Below are positions 31,001-39,626 of a stretch of 53,683 nt of DNA, in pieces (the first letter of the stretch is position 1; each line of letters starts with the position of its first letter). The notes under the pieces are model-generated. The model was not told the DNA's origin, searched no databases, and saw only the letters and a program-made list of their open reading frames with translations. Source of the DNA: a virus (taxonomy: Duplodnaviria > Caudoviricetes); IMG/VR virus record IMGVR_UViG_3300013126_000042, positions 1 through 53,683 of that record; one strand, 5' to 3'. The position numbers were made by a program, and so were the translations under genes.

Positions 31001-32515
31001 TTGTTTGTTACAGTTAGAACAGGTAGTACAGCAGCAGCTAGTAGTCCGGATGGCGTGACATGGACTGCTAGAACTTTACCAGCATCTGTTGCTTGGAATT
31101 CTGTCGCGTTCGGTAACAATATTTTTGTTGCAGTGGCTACAGACAGCAATTCTGGAGCATATAGTATAAACGGTACAACTTGGACTGCCATGACATTAGG
31201 ATCTGCAGACGGATCTACTGTAGCAGGATATCAAGAAGTTAGATACGGTCAAGGACTGTTTATGGCCACAGCATACATTGCCAGTGTAGAAGACTATAGT
31301 TATGTTGCAACTTCTGAAAACGGATTAAATTGGACTGTTAGGGGACTACCTAATGGCGGCCTTGATAATGCTCTCAGCGGTTATGGTGCAGTAGCATTTG
31401 GTAGTCCGCATAGAACCGGTTACTGGGTAGCTATAATCAAAGACAGCGGTAATCACGTGGTAAGAATCAGAGGTGGAGCTACAGCAAAAGCTAGAGCTTA
31501 TGTAGCAGACGAAAAAGTGTTTGCTATAAGAATGACCGAACCTGGCTCTGGTTATGATACAGCACCAACAGTTACAATTACAGATCCAAACAATATCTAC
31601 GAAGCACCTACATCTGTAAGAAAAGGCAAAGGAGTGTTATCACAACCTACCTATACAAATAGAGGTACCGGTTATTCAACTGGATCTGCTGAGATTGACA
31701 CAGGTGATGGCTATGCAGATATCTATCAAAGCGGTAGTTTTGTTGCTGTAAGAAGATTAACAGAACAACCAGTTCCTGGTTCAAACGTTGTGTTCGACCA
31801 TTTACCAGATAGAACTTTTAAATTAGTAAACGTGTTTACATTCTTGGGAAGTTTTGACGGAGCATATACCTGCTTCTTCCAAATAAGTCCATCATTTACA
31901 ATCAGTGAAGCACCAGAACATTTAGAAGATATTACCACACGTATTAGATATAGTCAAGTACGTTTAACAGGTCACGATTTCTTAGACATAGGAACTGGTA
32001 ATGTTGTAGAAACAAATTATCCAGGAACCGCTACACAAACTACTATACCGGCCAATGAAACGGTAGAGAGCGACGGCGGTCGTGTGTTCTACACATCAAC
32101 CGACCAAGACGGTAACTTTAGAGTTGGTGGCCTATTCAGCATTGAACAGAGTACAGGTGTTGCAACATTGAATGCAGATGCATTTAATATTTCAGGTCTA
32201 CAAGAACTTAATCTCGGTGAAGTTACATTAGGTGGCGGTTCTGCAACGATCACTGAATTCTCAACAGATCCGTTCTTTACTGCTGATTCGGATACTGTAG
32301 TACCGACTCAACGTGCGATTAAAGCCTATATTGCTGCACAAATTGGTGGTGGTGGTGCTGCTTTGAACGTAAATAGCGTTACCGCAGGATCAATTAAGAT
32401 AGATTCTAATCAAATTACAAACATAACTGGTGCTAGCATCAAAATGAAAGCAGTGTTTGAATTTAGAGGTGGAGTTACAGGATATCCAATGGCCTGGAAT
32501 TACTTTTTAAACTAA
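25019..32515 (+). CDS. Giant virion structural / fibre protein (2498 aa)
   Basis: Same architecture as 19494 (MAEFK..RIR..W; LDPGWGP; GALHNGGN.S.VSNDFTQV; GHDFLD.GTGN), plus C.RD helical repeats and HGL..GD modules. Confidence 0.75.
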   Translation: MAEFKLGRIRFVWKGPWTTATTYYIDDVVRYGGKTYICAVGHTAAADFNTDLEYSPTKWNLMSDGQEWKGDWSISTFYKLNDIVKYGGYLYVCNDSHTSAATLASGLENDQGKWTLFLEGFDWKGSWNALIRYKVNDLVSYGGITYVCNQGHTSAATTALGLEADQSKWDTFNAGLDYKGSWTVSARYKVNDVVKYGGGLWICTVYHTASALFATDSANWTQLVGGFTFEDAWNSSTLYQPGDIVRYGGNQYVALLNHSNEVPSTSTSNWSLFSKGFSFVSDWVNTTSYKVGEVARLGGYTYLATADSPSIVTTGTASNAGTGLFTVTSTANMVVGMSVKFSGTTFGNVSSDTNYYIRTIPGGAEFTISTQPGGTAFVPSTATGSMTVTVAPKPPNSSYWTKLSGGFDWKGSWIDDADYVLGDIVRYNSNTYVCVLAHRSESDDGSTIRPAGGGAADSRPDQDVTGTYWNLFAVGSDTAVLTTKGDLVYYGNNGPTRLPIGLEGQVLRAGDEIPEWVSLGAQDFEYFVAPNGVDLPAPIWGRSFDKPWKTIRYACEQVENGPRNPNAKYLLEMNRAFIQKEVTEWIQYQITNNITPFITSFDYDEYKCERDVGFIIDALIYDLGHGGNVRTRGAANAFVGGLTESENMPYGGAGLAAESDESVAAYTYFLTVVESVLDNQAPAVNYQTLNGDNSTAVVGQFIDTDYTSEDVMATVTDLVEIVTDAITAGVATNIPERDSPNNLIRIATGTYRETLPIIVPEQTALLGDELRSTNAGPAGSLTNRSDSKYSVETLTRLETVLGQIILGSNVTESAGNTSTQDVAFPYASTVEETDIKRLVRMMQHRIDFSVGTMNLASSADPTGYNSAYLAGYGDARTLLKENKEFIKAEIIAYITTNYPTIKYSRTACKRDVGYIVDAMIYDLTYSGSTQTLNAGLAYYDGAGSNLMIDSTEVTATIAAYGRLKTVMQQIIANTSVTASSGNVSTQWTDTTNLTGGSAANSFVGGNIDIITAILAAGSTTGRPSVTVSSITGTNTFNTSAAHGLAAGDLVVPRTTANGVTVDVRYYVISAGLTSTAFRLATSYAGSAITVTNGTGLSIVLDTEDRPAATNAVTTTTALINAYTTLSAAVSTIVTDMTAYITANYGSLSYNSAKCQRDARIILDAVGYDFMFNSNFQTLKAAYAYLRSSASDVFENNQKAATRAAFSYVKTQAKSNVGGDATAQSRIETLMTLLDDIIFGATDEGSSCATGLRSADYALLQLERNRSYIVNELSAYISSTYTTTASATAATTNLITVSSTSWMQRNTAIRFTGTPVGGLATNTTYYVQNVVSSTTFKVSSTRDSNTALTLSSASGSFTVSLYYDSALCERDVNRYIDALKYDLKYPGNYKSRMAARLYANSVLGSLEEDMFYLRDNTGVRDMTLEGLTGDLLAPNEYGTSRVSAGAYCSLDPGWGPDDFRTWINTRSPYVQGVSTFGTAAIGQKIDGALHNGGNDSIVSNDFTQVISDGIGAWVANNGRAELVSVFTYYAHVGYLSTGGGRIRGTNGNCSYGDFGAVAEGYDVTETPNTATVDNRFQFDAVVGSVFTDTEAIYQLEFDNAGIDYTEATWTITGGGAGANVLQNEFRDDGVFTVRLLDLVDDSTNAPEASGNFGGFGYITNSNTAQTGSTTSLTLAATDSETSSAYVGMKIYLTGGTGVGQFGIISAYNSGTKIASVVKETTGASGWDHMISGTAIATPDASTTYTIEPAVSFTAPTFTNVAGTMSSSGVWSNVIFGSTTASYTSQYGTYTGSGTGANFTVVRNGWKYTTYIQTAGSGYERLETITIAGTNLGGLSSTNDLVITITAVSTSGAILAFDTEGSGCGGRFVALRTGGTTAGAYSDNGSTWTAMTLPSSGNWTALAHGLIEDGSSVLQQSRFVAIRTGSDAAAYSDDGITWTATTMPTSTNWTSVVFGNDRFVAVNSSNSTVAVSLDGVVWDITGTNTGAATEITYGKGLFVTVRTGSTAAASSPDGVTWTARTLPASVAWNSVAFGNNIFVAVATDSNSGAYSINGTTWTAMTLGSADGSTVAGYQEVRYGQGLFMATAYIASVEDYSYVATSENGLNWTVRGLPNGGLDNALSGYGAVAFGSPHRTGYWVAIIKDSGNHVVRIRGGATAKARAYVADEKVFAIRMTEPGSGYDTAPTVTITDPNNIYEAPTSVRKGKGVLSQPTYTNRGTGYSTGSAEIDTGDGYADIYQSGSFVAVRRLTEQPVPGSNVVFDHLPDRTFKLVNVFTFLGSFDGAYTCFFQISPSFTISEAPEHLEDITTRIRYSQVRLTGHDFLDIGTGNVVETNYPGTATQTTIPANETVESDGGRVFYTSTDQDGNFRVGGLFSIEQSTGVATLNADAFNISGLQELNLGEVTLGGGSATITEFSTDPFFTADSDTVVPTQRAIKAYIAAQIGGGGAALNVNSVTAGSIKIDSNQITNITGASIKMKAVFEFRGGVTGYPMAWNYFLN

Positions 32516-32535
32516 ATAATAACGGAGAATAAATT

Positions 32536-32862
32536 ATGGCAACAGGAAGATTAGGCGCACTAGACTTATCCGCAGCAACAAATACAACTTTGTATACGGT
32601 GCCTGTAAATACTTTTACAGTGGCAACAGTAAGTCTTTGTAATAGAAGCAGCAGTCCAGTGACTGTTAGAATAGCAGTGAGCACAAATACAACACCTACT
32701 GATGCAGAATATGTGGAATATGACACAAGTTTATCTGCTAAGGGTGTATTGGAAAGAACGGGCTTAGTTCTTGATGTAACCAATGGAAAATACATCGTGG
32801 TAAGATCAAGCGGAACTGGTGTATCTGCAGTTTGCTACGGTATCGAAACATCTACTGCGTAA
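32536..32862 (+). CDS. Small beta-rich adaptor-like structural protein
   Basis: TTLYTVP..VATVSLCNR...LERTGLVL; GGAG RBS; TAAATA at 32513-32518. Confidence 0.7.
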   Translation: MATGRLGALDLSAATNTTLYTVPVNTFTVATVSLCNRSSSPVTVRIAVSTNTTPTDAEYVEYDTSLSAKGVLERTGLVLDVTNGKYIVVRSSGTGVSAVCYGIETSTA

Positions 32863-32877
32863 TAGGAGAAATTAGAT

Positions 32878-33771
32878 ATGGCAAGAAAACTCACAGCTGG
32901 TGCAGTAGGTGAACCTAGCATAGGAGCACTACAAATACAGCCTACTGCGGTTATCAGCACCGCGCAAGATTTAGATATTACAGTTGATCCTTTAGGCACC
33001 GGCCGATTTTTGATTGCCGCCGATGCTCAGTTAACAAGTCAATCAGATTTGAGATTTGGTGATGCAGATAACTCTAATTATGTGGGATTTCAAGCACCTG
33101 CCACAGTATCCACAAATTTAATTTGGACGTTGCCTGCAGTTGATGGTTCTAACGGTCAATCGTTGGTTACCAACGGTTCAGGCACACTATCATTTGCTAC
33201 TACAGGCGCAACTATCACGGATAATACCAGTGATTCTGGAACTAATTATGTTATATTAGGAACAGCTACTACAGGAAATCTAACAGCAGCAAGAGTTTCG
33301 AGTACAAAATTAACGTTTCAGCCCAGCACTGGGACACTGACAATTACTGCATTGCAGGTCAATGGAAAAGCAAACAGTCTACGACCAGAAAATGTACAGA
33401 CTGCCAGTTATACTATGCAGTTGACCGATGCAGGCGGAGTTATCAATATGAATAATTCTACTACAGCTACTTTGACTGTGCCAACAAATGCCGCAGTAGC
33501 ATTTCCAACCGGTACAGTTATCTGGGTGTACAGACAAGGTGCAGGAAACGTGACTCTACAAGGAGATGGTGGTGTAACTTTAACAGCTACTGGTACAATG
33601 GCAGCCAGCGAAGAATTATATCTAAGAAAAAGAGATACTAACAATTGGGTAGTATTTCATATCGCTACTGCAGGAACATTGTCTGTGACAGGCGGATCTG
33701 TAACTACAGCAGGTGGTTTCCGTAGACACGAATTTACCAGCGTCGGCAGTTCATCGCTGGTCGCATCATAA
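32878..33771 (+). CDS. Short fibre protein
   Basis: LRFGDADNSNYVGFQAP..WTLP..DG..GQ.L.T.GSG module and TVP..VAFPTGTVI domain; ends in a GG..T.GGF..HEFTS.G motif. Confidence 0.7.
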   Translation: MARKLTAGAVGEPSIGALQIQPTAVISTAQDLDITVDPLGTGRFLIAADAQLTSQSDLRFGDADNSNYVGFQAPATVSTNLIWTLPAVDGSNGQSLVTNGSGTLSFATTGATITDNTSDSGTNYVILGTATTGNLTAARVSSTKLTFQPSTGTLTITALQVNGKANSLRPENVQTASYTMQLTDAGGVINMNNSTTATLTVPTNAAVAFPTGTVIWVYRQGAGNVTLQGDGGVTLTATGTMAASEELYLRKRDTNNWVVFHIATAGTLSVTGGSVTTAGGFRRHEFTSVGSSSLVAS

Positions 33772-33783
33772 GAGAGAATAAAA

Positions 33784-34749
33784 ATGCCATTTATCAGTTC
33801 AATAAGAAACAAAGTAAATCGAGAGCAGCCAATCGGCATTAAAAAAGAAGATCTTTTTGAAGTTACAGGAGGAGATCTAGTCTATACGGCTGGCGGATAT
33901 AAAATCCACGTGTTTACTACTGTTGGAGAGTCGGGACTTAATGTAAAGCTAAAAGATCAATATAAAAATAATGAATTAGCCTTGACAACAGCAGCCTCAG
34001 GTATGAATATAGAATACCTAGTAATTGCGGGCGGCGGCTCTGGTGGTAGTAGTAACTCGACCAACGGTAACGGCGGTGGCGGCGCTGGCGGTTATAGATC
34101 CGGCACACTTACATTGACCACTGGAACTACACCGACTAACGTAGGCGCAGGCGGCCCTCCAATCGGATCATATAGCAGTGGTAGCAATAACGGCGGCCCG
34201 TCTACTATGGGCTCAATTACTTCTACCGGTGGCGGAGGAGGTTCTAGTTATACCAGCGGTATCGCTGGACGACCTGGTGGCTCTGGTGGTGGGTCGGGAG
34301 CTGGTTATTCTGCTGGTTCAGGAACGCCCGGGCAAGGCACACCGGGAGCACCAGGAGGATTTTACTGGTCAGGAGCAGGTGGAGGCGGATCATCGACTCA
34401 GGGAGGAAGTCCGGGGCCTTTACACCAAGCAGGTTTTGGAACTTCTAGTTCCATAACAGGATCTGCAATCACTCGAGCAGGTGGGGGAGGAGGAGGAGGC
34501 AACTCTTCCGAAACAGGCGGCGACGGAGCTCACGGCGGTGGCCGCGGCCACGGCAGTTGTCCAAATTGGGGTTATAGTTATTACTCATATTCTCAAGATC
34601 CTCGAGGAGGATGGGGTGTAACACACGCTTACTCGGCTAATTTTGGATCTGGTGGCGGTGCAGGCAGCTATTGGTCGCCAAACATAGGTTGGAACGGTTC
34701 AGGCTACGGATCAAACGGTCTAGTAGTAGTTAGATACCCATTTACTTGA
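33784..34749 (+). CDS. Glycine-rich (polyglycine-II-type) virion protein, copy 1
   Basis: YLVIAGGGSGG, many GGGG runs, aromatic-rich loops and a C-terminal G.VVVRYP. Confidence 0.75.
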   Translation: MPFISSIRNKVNREQPIGIKKEDLFEVTGGDLVYTAGGYKIHVFTTVGESGLNVKLKDQYKNNELALTTAASGMNIEYLVIAGGGSGGSSNSTNGNGGGGAGGYRSGTLTLTTGTTPTNVGAGGPPIGSYSSGSNNGGPSTMGSITSTGGGGGSSYTSGIAGRPGGSGGGSGAGYSAGSGTPGQGTPGAPGGFYWSGAGGGGSSTQGGSPGPLHQAGFGTSSSITGSAITRAGGGGGGGNSSETGGDGAHGGGRGHGSCPNWGYSYYSYSQDPRGGWGVTHAYSANFGSGGGAGSYWSPNIGWNGSGYGSNGLVVVRYPFT

Positions 34750-34750
34750 T

Positions 34751-35173
34751 ATGGCAATTTTTAAAACTACTTATAATATTTTTAAAACACCCTGGGAAGA
34801 AGAATTATTCAACGAAAATTGGATGGATAAAGATGTGCCCTATGCACCACCTACGGTAGACTGGGATTACGGTAGAGAGATGCGTATAGAAGATGTTGAA
34901 ATTTGGGAACAAATTTATTACGCGACCAGCGGGATAGGCCTTTATGCCGCATACTTACCCTATGCTGAATTTTATATGATCACCGGAGAATGGATTGTTC
35001 AAAGCCCTAGTAATGTAGAATGTTTTTACGGCCCGGGATCTATGGAAGCAGCCTACAAGCGAGCTAGAGAATTAGGAATGCCAATATCTCTGCAACCACA
35101 GTGGGTTGATAATCAAGATATGTGGTTGTTCAAAGAACCTAGACAAGACGACAGTAAAATAATTTTACCGTAA
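34751..35173 (+). CDS. Small acidic aromatic-rich protein, paralog 1
   Basis: FKTTYNI, DWDYGREMRIEDVEIWE, GLYAAYLPYAEFY; paralogous to 40666 and 41066. Confidence 0.75.
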   Translation: MAIFKTTYNIFKTPWEEELFNENWMDKDVPYAPPTVDWDYGREMRIEDVEIWEQIYYATSGIGLYAAYLPYAEFYMITGEWIVQSPSNVECFYGPGSMEAAYKRARELGMPISLQPQWVDNQDMWLFKEPRQDDSKIILP

Positions 35174-35680
35174 TTTTTTCCAATTGTAATAATTTAAATT
35201 TATTACGCATCTAACTTTTTGATCTGTGCAAGTAGTTCCGGCGTGTTTTAATCCTGAAGAAAACTGCAATAATCTATTTGCCTGAGAACTTATCTGCTGA
35301 TTATTTTCTAATAAAGTATACCCGTTGTTAGAATTTACATAAAAAACAGCAGTCTCACCGTCAAAATTTTCAAGGTCGTTGTGCATATCATAAACTATGA
35401 TATTTTTTGTTACTGGTTGCAGATTAGCTTTTATTCTTACTATAGCTGATGGATTAATGTAACTTAATAATTTATCTAGCAAATATATGTGATTACTTTG
35501 CACTTTATACTGATCATAAAAAGTGTGTGTGAATTGAAAATTATATAATTCTGGTACTGTTGAATTTGAAAATACTTTACTGTTATTTAAATACCAAGGA
35601 AAGTCAGCACTCAATAATGTTTTTTGAATTATATGGAATTCATCATCGTCTAAAACATTGTCTATAATTTTATAATTCAT
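35165..35680 (-). CDS. 2OG-Fe(II) oxygenase
   Basis: H-x-D (MHND), AVFYVN, NRLLQF, distal His (KHAG) and Arg (VRCVIN). Confidence 0.75.
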   Translation of the reverse strand: MNYKIIDNVLDDDEFHIIQKTLLSADFPWYLNNSKVFSNSTVPELYNFQFTHTFYDQYKVQSNHIYLLDKLLSYINPSAIVRIKANLQPVTKNIIVYDMHNDLENFDGETAVFYVNSNNGYTLLENNQQISSQANRLLQFSSGLKHAGTTCTDQKVRCVINLNYYNWKKLR

Positions 35681-36285
35681 TTAGCAGTATCAAATAAAAT
35701 ATTCCCTGACAGCGATATGCGAATATCGTCGCTTGAATAAAACGGGTAAACACAGTGTATTAGTTTACTGGGAAACATTATTAAATAACCTTCCCAAGAT
35801 TTATCAATGTATAAACGTTCAATCATAATGTTACCTAGTCCTGAGGTATAGGTAAATTCAAAACATCCACTGTAATTATTTGTTCCTTTTGAATGTTCTT
35901 GGTCTATATCAAAAGGAACTTGTATCCAAGAGGCATAGCTAATAAAGCCTTCGTGAAAATGATTCGGTATGAATTCATATTTTTTTTGTAAATTAAACCA
36001 AGGCTGGTTATAATGCAAGGGTACGTTATGTGTAAAATGATCAAAAGATTTTACATAACGAGGAAAAGCCCTTATAAATTCTGCAGTTATGCCCGCCACA
36101 AAAGATTTAAAGACTGCTAGATTATGATCTAACTTAATAGTTTTTGGTATTCCAACACCGTCGATAGAAGTTGGATGTATTTGATCACTGTCGAGCAAAG
36201 CTTCTTGCCGAAGCTTTGTTAAAAGATCAGATGGTATCTTACATTTTAAGAATCCAAAATTTTCAAATTGTATTAGTTCTATCAT
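35677..36285 (-). CDS. 2OG-Fe(II) oxygenase-like (TIGR02466-type)
   Basis: WFNLQ, H-x-H (NHFH), MFPSKLIHCVYP, RISLSGN. Confidence 0.75.
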   Translation of the reverse strand: MIELIQFENFGFLKCKIPSDLLTKLRQEALLDSDQIHPTSIDGVGIPKTIKLDHNLAVFKSFVAGITAEFIRAFPRYVKSFDHFTHNVPLHYNQPWFNLQKKYEFIPNHFHEGFISYASWIQVPFDIDQEHSKGTNNYSGCFEFTYTSGLGNIMIERLYIDKSWEGYLIMFPSKLIHCVYPFYSSDDIRISLSGNILFDTAK

Positions 36286-36881
36286 GCGAATTCAAAATTA
36301 GCACTGATGCTGATTCGTTTATGCTCGCTGAGATTTTTCTCAACCATATGCGGCAAATTTGATCTAAAAATCAACAATAAATTCTCAACTGGCTCATAGG
36401 CACAGGTTTTCCAACTGGCTAGATTTTCATTTTTAGATTCTACAGGCAATGTATACATATCAGTCATTGCTTCTACGCTTCTAAATCTAATTTTTCCACA
36501 ATTTTCTGGAACATCAAGGTAGTAGCTAACACTAAAATGTGATCTAGTGTGCTGATGATATTCTTGATAAGCACCTGGTTCAGCTATATTGAACCAAAAA
36601 TCTTTGCAGTGTAAAAATTCTATTGGTAAAGTGATTCCGTAAACCCTACTAAATTCGTATACTTTAGACTTAAAAGTATCAACGATTTGATTCACTATCG
36701 GATCATTGTTATTTTTGTGATCAAAAAAACCTATAGTGTTGAAGGTATCGCAAGCCCATTTGGTTGTGGGCTTTTTATTTGAATTATTGTATATGTCTAA
36801 TGCAATATTTTTAAGATATTGATTATGTTCAAAATCTATACAATGATTATATATTAGGGTTGGAAACCAAGATTCTATCAT
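36282..36881 (-). CDS. 2OG-Fe(II) oxygenase-like (TIGR02466-type)
   Basis: WFNI, YHQH, FSVSYY, IFRSNLPHMV, RISISANF. Confidence 0.8.
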   Translation of the reverse strand: MIESWFPTLIYNHCIDFEHNQYLKNIALDIYNNSNKKPTTKWACDTFNTIGFFDHKNNNDPIVNQIVDTFKSKVYEFSRVYGITLPIEFLHCKDFWFNIAEPGAYQEYHQHTRSHFSVSYYLDVPENCGKIRFRSVEAMTDMYTLPVESKNENLASWKTCAYEPVENLLLIFRSNLPHMVEKNLSEHKRISISANFEFA

Positions 36882-37519
36882 TTTGTTTGTATAATATAAT
36901 TTTTATAGTCGGGCTGAGCAATTTTAGTTTTTGGTTCTTTCAACAGTCCAATAGATTCTCTCCTATCAAATTTAAAATCTGCATAAGGACCTTGTGCATT
37001 TACGTAATGTAAAAAAGCTTGTACCTGCCAGGTATATTGATCTACCTTAAATTCGTTTCGCCAATGTTGTAAATCACAGCCTCTATAGATAACCATATCT
37101 CCAGGATGTAATTTTACTTCAGCACCGCCCATATATATCGGCCAACAGTTTTCATTGTCGTAACTGTAGTTCAAACAGACAGTGGCAGAAATTTCGCAAC
37201 TGGGTCGATCAACGTGAGGTTCAAGATCGTCTCCGTCTCTATAAACTCTGTAATAGGAATATGTAGGATATAAAGATAACCCGGTATTTTCCTCCATCAA
37301 TGGATGCAGATGTAATAATAAAGATTCCATCGCTGGATCACCGTATTTAGAATGTGCTTCTGCAACCTGTGCTCCTTCCGGACCACTGAGTGTTTTTTCA
37401 GGAGTAAAATCTTGCATTTCATCAAACAATGCATATTGTGTAATGAAATCTCTCAATTCTTGAGATATAGCAGATCTTATAATTACATATCCGTGTTTAG
37501 AAAAATAATCTTTATTCAT
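36878..37519 (-). CDS. 2OG-Fe(II) oxygenase (HxDRPSCE family)
   Basis: YYRVY, PHVDRPSCEISAT, GDMVIYRG..LQHWR, FLHYV. Start moved to ATG 37519, which has a GGGAG RBS and overlaps the upstream stop. Confidence 0.75.
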   Translation of the reverse strand: MNKDYFSKHGYVIIRSAISQELRDFITQYALFDEMQDFTPEKTLSGPEGAQVAEAHSKYGDPAMESLLLHLHPLMEENTGLSLYPTYSYYRVYRDGDDLEPHVDRPSCEISATVCLNYSYDNENCWPIYMGGAEVKLHPGDMVIYRGCDLQHWRNEFKVDQYTWQVQAFLHYVNAQGPYADFKFDRRESIGLLKEPKTKIAQPDYKNYIIQTK

Positions 37520-38309
37520 TAGAAACTCTCCCACTACTAAAGGGACATCCTTTATCTCGTTCTTCAATTTTTTGATGTAATTTTTTCTTTCTATTATAAA
37601 TCTGCGATGAATCGTAGCTAGTATCTCGCATAATCATTCTGTCTAATCCGAACAATCTAAAATAATCGTCTTTTGAAACCAAATGATGAACCAGTTTAAT
37701 TGGTCTTTCGGTAAGTGGATGCATTATTACCAATGGATTTAATGCTGGTATTGTACATTTTTGTCGATATGGCTTTTGTTCTACAAATAAATTTATTTCC
37801 GAAGCATGATTGTATTTGTAATTTACCACTGCAGGCAGTATAGAAATAGTGTTTTTATACTCGTTCATATTCCACAGAGGTTCAGTCCATGTAAAATATA
37901 TCTCTTCTTTGGTTCTAAGAGCCCACGGTGAAACCAATTTAATATTATGTCCGTGTTGACCCGAAAACCCATCAAACTGTCTTTGTACGTGAGAGTGACC
38001 GGTATCTAGATCAGAATTAGATGATCGCCATTCCCATTCGGGAAGTTCACCGATAGGAGCGATTGTTAACTCCATTTCAAACCACGAAGGAATCACTATA
38101 CCTCGTTTGTAGTAATCAATAAATCCGGTACAATGTTTAATTGTGGCACCTTTTGTAAGCTCAGGAAGCTGTCCGGGTGTTTTTTTCCACCACTCGGGTA
38201 CATATTTAGATGCTTGATCTATTTTAGCATAATCATAGGCATAATTCAAATGTGTAAAACATTCAACGACTATTTCTTTTTCTTTTATAAAGAAATTTTT
38301 AAAATTCAT
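37512..38309 (-). CDS. Hypothetical protein within the oxygenase cassette
   Basis: PEWWK, TIKHCTG, KLVSPW motifs; no clear HxD...H...R oxygenase pattern. Confidence 0.7.
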   Translation of the reverse strand: MNFKNFFIKEKEIVVECFTHLNYAYDYAKIDQASKYVPEWWKKTPGQLPELTKGATIKHCTGFIDYYKRGIVIPSWFEMELTIAPIGELPEWEWRSSNSDLDTGHSHVQRQFDGFSGQHGHNIKLVSPWALRTKEEIYFTWTEPLWNMNEYKNTISILPAVVNYKYNHASEINLFVEQKPYRQKCTIPALNPLVIMHPLTERPIKLVHHLVSKDDYFRLFGLDRMIMRDTSYDSSQIYNRKKKLHQKIEERDKGCPFSSGRVSNE

Positions 38310-38974
38310 AATAATACCTGTCTAGAAGCAGGAATAGGAAAATAATCAGAACTGATTTCATGTACAAAAAATACCTGAGTCAATCTTGGTTTTTGATCAT
38401 CGCCTATAAATCTAGGCACCCCATGATATTGAAAACCGTCATAGGCAACTAAACGATTATAGATATTCTTGAAATTAATAGTTTCTTCAAACAATTCGTT
38501 ATTTTCTTTTATTTTCTGCTGATAAAATTTTGATTTAGATGATTCAAAATTAAGATACATATCTTGTTTTTCGTTCATATTAATTGGACCGCTTGGACCA
38601 TTTTTAGATCTGTAAATGGATGTTCCGCAGTTCAAGCTCATATCCGGAGTCAAATAAATCACACCTGCGTAAGTTTTGTAATCTAAATGTACCCATCCTT
38701 CATTGATATCAGCATATTGATCTGGTTCCATTATTTGGAAATAGGTTTCTACAGAATATTTCAAATTATTTGTTTTTTTGAAATCAAATGTCAATGAAAA
38801 CAATTTATCACAAAAGTTTTTAAATATAAAACTGTCCAACATATCTAATGATCTGGTTCTTTTGCCAGGCCACGGAATTTGTGTAGTCGCTGAAAACTCT
38901 TGAGAAAGAGCAAATTCTCTTATTTTATTCGGTTCAGTATAAAAATTATCTACGCATATTGTAGGAAAATACAT
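38306..38974 (-). CDS. 2OG-Fe(II) oxygenase-like (DUF6445-like)
   Basis: VDNFY, WPGKR, WVHLD, AGVIYLTP, GTSIY, YNRLVAY..YHG, RLTQVFF. Confidence 0.7.
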   Translation of the reverse strand: MYFPTICVDNFYTEPNKIREFALSQEFSATTQIPWPGKRTRSLDMLDSFIFKNFCDKLFSLTFDFKKTNNLKYSVETYFQIMEPDQYADINEGWVHLDYKTYAGVIYLTPDMSLNCGTSIYRSKNGPSGPINMNEKQDMYLNFESSKSKFYQQKIKENNELFEETINFKNIYNRLVAYDGFQYHGVPRFIGDDQKPRLTQVFFVHEISSDYFPIPASRQVLL

Positions 38975-38975
38975 A

Positions 38976-39605
38976 TTACATTTGCCTATCTTTGATCCAA
39001 GTTACCATGGCATATTTTGTTCCTGATTTAACAGGATGTGCAATATGTTCATACGCATAATTAGAAGGAAATAATATTAACATTCCTGGCTGGGGATTTA
39101 ACATAAAATTAAAATTTGGAAATTCTAATTCGCCACCTTCGTAATCGCTGTTAAGATAACATATGGCCGAGATTGATCGTCCAATCGAAGTCCCTCCGTC
39201 ATAATGCGGTTTGTATTCCTCGCCAGTAGAATATTTTAACATATGGTAATGTTCATGAAACAACTGTTCTTTAATTCTAAATCTTCGAGAATAGGGATTA
39301 GAAGCAGCTAATAACAGCATATAAAATTGATTGTGTACATTTTGCAAAGCAGGATTGTTGGCAACGTAAGCTAGATGACTGACAGCCATTAGTTTATTTG
39401 TTCTATAATCTTGATAAGCACCGCTATCTATAGTTGCTGCTTGTTCCCAATATGCTCCCGAGCTAGGATTAGCTGCTTCGTTTTCTACTAATCTGATAGC
39501 TTCATCTGGATTAGGCCAAACATTTTCATAAATAGCGATACAGCCACCAATTACAGTGTTTGGTTCAAGCTCTCCTGGAAAAAATCCATTTACTTGCAGG
39601 GTCAT
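38976..39605 (-). CDS. Prolyl-4-hydroxylase-like 2OG-Fe(II) oxygenase
   Basis: LKY..GEEYKPHYD, YLNSDYEGGELEF, FPSNYAYEH, PVKSGTKY. Confidence 0.85.
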   Translation of the reverse strand: MTLQVNGFFPGELEPNTVIGGCIAIYENVWPNPDEAIRLVENEAANPSSGAYWEQAATIDSGAYQDYRTNKLMAVSHLAYVANNPALQNVHNQFYMLLLAASNPYSRRFRIKEQLFHEHYHMLKYSTGEEYKPHYDGGTSIGRSISAICYLNSDYEGGELEFPNFNFMLNPQPGMLILFPSNYAYEHIAHPVKSGTKYAMVTWIKDRQM

Positions 39606-39626
39606 TTTAGGTCCTCTAATAGTAGC

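Noticed and set aside
33769-33786. Fibre 32878 is in frame with Gly-rich gene 33784 (TAA GAG AGA ATA AAA ATG), suggesting readthrough
   Set aside because: In-frame spacing has a 1-in-3 chance, TAA is rarely read through, and paralog 39710 starts independently with the same N-terminus.
35165-39605. Oxygenase cassette as an invertible or mobile element
   Set aside because: No recombinase, terminal inverted repeats or target duplication were seen; the flanking similarity is diverged, direct-orientation coding paralogy.
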